Source: Gammaproteobacteria bacterium (GTDB lineage: Bacteria > Pseudomonadota > Gammaproteobacteria > UBA4575). Taken from it: 64,000 nt of DNA. Position numbers and translations under genes: made by a program. The notes beneath the pieces were generated by a model, which ran no database searches, was not told the origin of the DNA, and was given only the letters and a program-made list of their open reading frames with translations. The stretch lies in assembly GCA_965220875.1 (NCBI GenBank), contig OZ244849.1:585791-649790 (forward strand), written 5' to 3'. The first letter of the stretch is position 1, and each line of letters opens with the position of its first letter. Below are positions 61,644 to 64,000 of this stretch, piece after piece.

Positions 61644-62603
61644 TCAGTGATACCGTTCGACATAGGCGTCCAGCTCGGCAAGCCGGGCGGCCTTGGAAGC
61701 TTCATCGAGAAAGGAGCCGGTGAACGAGTTGCGCGCGATGCGATGCAGCTCCCCGCCCGTCAGCCCTAGCGCCTCCTGGACCGCGGCATAATTGTCATTG
61801 ATGTAGCCGCCGAAATAGGCCGGGTCGTCCGAGTTGACGGTCACGGCAAGCCGCACGTTCGACAGGGGACACACCGTGAGCACCTTGCCCTCCCGGGCCA
61901 GGCGCCGGGTCAGCTCCGGGTCATCGAGGGCGGCGTTGCCATGGTCGATCCGGTCGACGCCCAGCACCTCGACGGCTTCCCGGACATAGGATGCCGGGCC
62001 CTCTTCCCCGGCATGGGCCAGCAGCCTGTAGCCCTGCTCGCGGGCACGCCGGTAGACGCCGGCAAACTTGCCCGGCGGGTGGCCCCGTTCCGCCGCATCC
62101 AGGCCCACGCCGGTGATCCCTTCACGGAAAGGGGCGGCCGCCTCCAGCACCTCCAGCGCCTCCCGTTCGGACAGGTGGCGCCAGAAACACATGATCAGTT
62201 CGGACGTGATGCCGAACACCTTTCCGGCATCGACACGGGCCTGCTGGATGCCCTGCATGAAGGTCTCGAACGCGATCCCGCGGGAAGTGTGTCCCTGCGG
62301 GTCGAAGAAGATCTCCGCGTGGCGCACGCAGTCGCCATGGGCCCGCTCGAAATAGGCCCAGGTCAGGTCGTAGAAATCCTGCTCGCTGCGCAGCACCGCC
62401 ATGCCCTGGAAAAAGAGATCCAGAAACTCCTGCAGGCAGCCGAAGCGGTAGGCGGCACGCGTCTCCTCCACCGAGCCGAAGCGCAGGCGCACGCCGTTGC
62501 GCTCGGCCAGCGCGAACATCATCTCCGGCTCAAGACTGCCCTCGACATGCATGTGCAGTTCTGCCTTGGGAAGGCCGTCGATAAATGGCCTCATTTCATT
62601 CAT
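61644..62603 (-). CDS. add: adenosine/adenine deaminase family hydrolase
   Basis: KAELHMHVEGSL metal-binding motif, ...HAGE...SDDP. Confidence 0.8.
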   Translation of the reverse strand: MNEMRPFIDGLPKAELHMHVEGSLEPEMMFALAERNGVRLRFGSVEETRAAYRFGCLQEFLDLFFQGMAVLRSEQDFYDLTWAYFERAHGDCVRHAEIFFDPQGHTSRGIAFETFMQGIQQARVDAGKVFGITSELIMCFWRHLSEREALEVLEAAAPFREGITGVGLDAAERGHPPGKFAGVYRRAREQGYRLLAHAGEEGPASYVREAVEVLGVDRIDHGNAALDDPELTRRLAREGKVLTVCPLSNVRLAVTVNSDDPAYFGGYINDNYAAVQEALGLTGGELHRIARNSFTGSFLDEASKAARLAELDAYVERYH

Positions 62604-62798
62604 GTCGCTCCTCCGAGCCTCGTGGTACCGCCGCAACCGGCGCCCCGAGTGTACCGTCCTGCAGGACAAACCGTAAAGGGTGCGTTGCCGGCTCGAGCCC
62701 GCCGCTTCGTCCTGGACCGGGCCTTGCGGCTGGACAAAGCCCCGCAGCCGTGCACAATGTGCGTAAAACCTGATCCACTACCCGACGGCGACTTCCCG

Positions 62799-63497
62799 AT
62801 GAACTACACGCTCGGTCCCTTTCTTGCCGCCTCGCTGGCGCTGGCTGAGGCTGCCACGGAGCGCCCGGCCCTGCCGGACGGCTTTGTCTACCTGGACCAG
62901 GCCATACCCGACCTGGTCATCGAGTTGCGTTATGCCACCCCGGACAACTTTGTCGGGCAGCCGGTCGACGGCTACCGGCATGCCCAGGCGGTCCTGGCCG
63001 CACCCGCAGCGGAAGCACTGGCCGGGGTCCAGGCCGCACTGCGGCCATTCGGCCTGAGGCTCAAGGTCTTCGATGCCTACCGCCCCCAGCACGCGGTCGA
63101 TCACTTCGTGCGCTGGGGCAGGGACCTGCAGGACCAGCGGGCCAAGCCGGAGTATTATCCCGATGTCGCGAAGGAGGACCTGTTCAAGCTGGGCTATATC
63201 GCTGCCCGCTCCAGCCACTCGCGGGGCAGCACGGTGGACCTGACGATCGTCTACCGGGACCGTGCCGGCCGGGTCCGAGAGCTGGACATGGGCTCTCGCT
63301 TCGACTTCTTCGGCAAGCGGTCCTGGCCGGCCAACCCCGCGATCCCGGCCGCACAGCGCGCCCACCGCATGCTCCTGCAGAACCTGATGAAGGCGCACGG
63401 CTTCGTTCCCTACGACCAGGAATGGTGGCATTTCACGCTTCGCGACGAGCCCTACCCGGACACGTACTTCGACTTCCCGATCCAGGGCTCTCCATGA
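62799..63497 (+). CDS. ddpX: D-Ala-D-Ala dipeptidase (VanX/DdpX, M15 family)
   Basis: SSHSRGSTVDLT and EWWHF motifs. The track ORF is fused to upstream antisense sequence. Confidence 0.8.
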   Translation: MNYTLGPFLAASLALAEAATERPALPDGFVYLDQAIPDLVIELRYATPDNFVGQPVDGYRHAQAVLAAPAAEALAGVQAALRPFGLRLKVFDAYRPQHAVDHFVRWGRDLQDQRAKPEYYPDVAKEDLFKLGYIAARSSHSRGSTVDLTIVYRDRAGRVRELDMGSRFDFFGKRSWPANPAIPAAQRAHRMLLQNLMKAHGFVPYDQEWWHFTLRDEPYPDTYFDFPIQGSP

Positions 63498-63574
63498 TGC
63501 ACCGTATTGCCGGGCGGGGCGGGGAGAGCCCCCCGGCCGTGCATTACAGGGCCGCAGCCATTATGCTTGCATCC

Positions 63575-64000
63575 CATGCGCATCATCACCCTGAACGTGA
63601 ACGGCATCCGTGCGGCCGCCCGCAAGGGATTTTTCGCCTGGCTGGCCCGGCAGGATGCGGACCTGGTCTGCCTGCAGGAAACCAAGGCGCAGCGACACCA
63701 GCTGGAGCAGGATACGACCTACTTCCCTGCCGGATACCACTGCCATTACGTGGATGCGCTGAAAAAAGGCTACAGCGGGGTTGCGGTGTACAGCCGCCAC
63801 CGGCCGGAGCGGATCCTCAGCGGCTACGGTGACCGCGAATTCGACGAGGAGGGACGCTATCTGGAACTGCAGTTCGGCGCCCTCGCGGTGGTTTCCGTGT
63901 ATGCGCCCTCCGGGTCTTCCAGCGATGCACGCCAGCAGGCCAAGTACCGCTTCATGGACAGCTTCATGCTGCACCTGAAAAAGCTCAAGCGCCGGCGCAG
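63575..64000 (+). CDS. xthA: exodeoxyribonuclease III, N-terminal portion; continues past the window end
   Basis: Hand translation gives MRIITLNVNGIRAA...DLVCLQETK...YSGVAVYSR. Absent from the ORF track because there is no stop before the window end. Confidence 0.8.

Overview
This window is a 64 kb high-GC (about 65%, by eye) chromosomal segment from a proteobacterium; the gene set and order look like a gammaproteobacterium of Chromatiales type, but that taxon assignment is only a guess from gene content. Most of it is densely packed housekeeping genes. These include gpmI, tatABC, a hisE-hisF-hisA-hisH-hisB run, dtd, pip, trkAH, the NtrY/NtrX two-component pair with an adjacent DUF4390 gene, fmt and def, topA, tsaC, hemF, pyrF, hemB, aroE, ubiA, bioB, bioF, coaBC, dut, algC, argB, pyrE, add and a partial xthA. 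Three regions stand out. (1) About 12.65 to 17.82 kb is a visibly AT-rich island. It carries a large lipoprotein gene with a TbpB-like C-terminal beta-barrel, decayed IS481-like transposase fragments, and a TPR plus DUF560-like outer-membrane barrel gene that I read as a Slam surface-lipoprotein translocon (inferred from domain shape and gene context, not yet checked against PF04575). A second TbpB-like lipoprotein and a subtilisin-like lipoprotein, both with a Cys-polyGly tether, sit near the window start. (2) About 39.4 to 43.9 kb is a tight three-gene operon of an AlkB-family membrane di-iron hydroxylase, a cytoplasmic bis-MGD molybdopterin oxidoreductase with an unusual Cx3Cx3C Fe-S motif, and an FNR-like reductase fused to a 2x[4Fe-4S] ferredoxin. 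I do not recognise this combination as a named system. (3) About 44 to 52.5 kb holds an HAAT-type ABC transporter with an oversized binding protein, a MetX-like hydrolase, an NtaA/DszA-family flavin monooxygenase and a glyoxalase, which looks like a catabolic module. Other notable items are tandem outer-membrane beta-barrel paralogs, a secreted Met/Trp-rich repeat protein and a cupin-globin pair. No rRNA, tRNA or CRISPR features were seen. Many long ORFs in the six-frame track are opposite-strand GC artifacts and were discarded. Two real partial genes at the window edges (a subtilase at the 5' end and xthA at the 3' end) are absent from the track and were found by hand translation.
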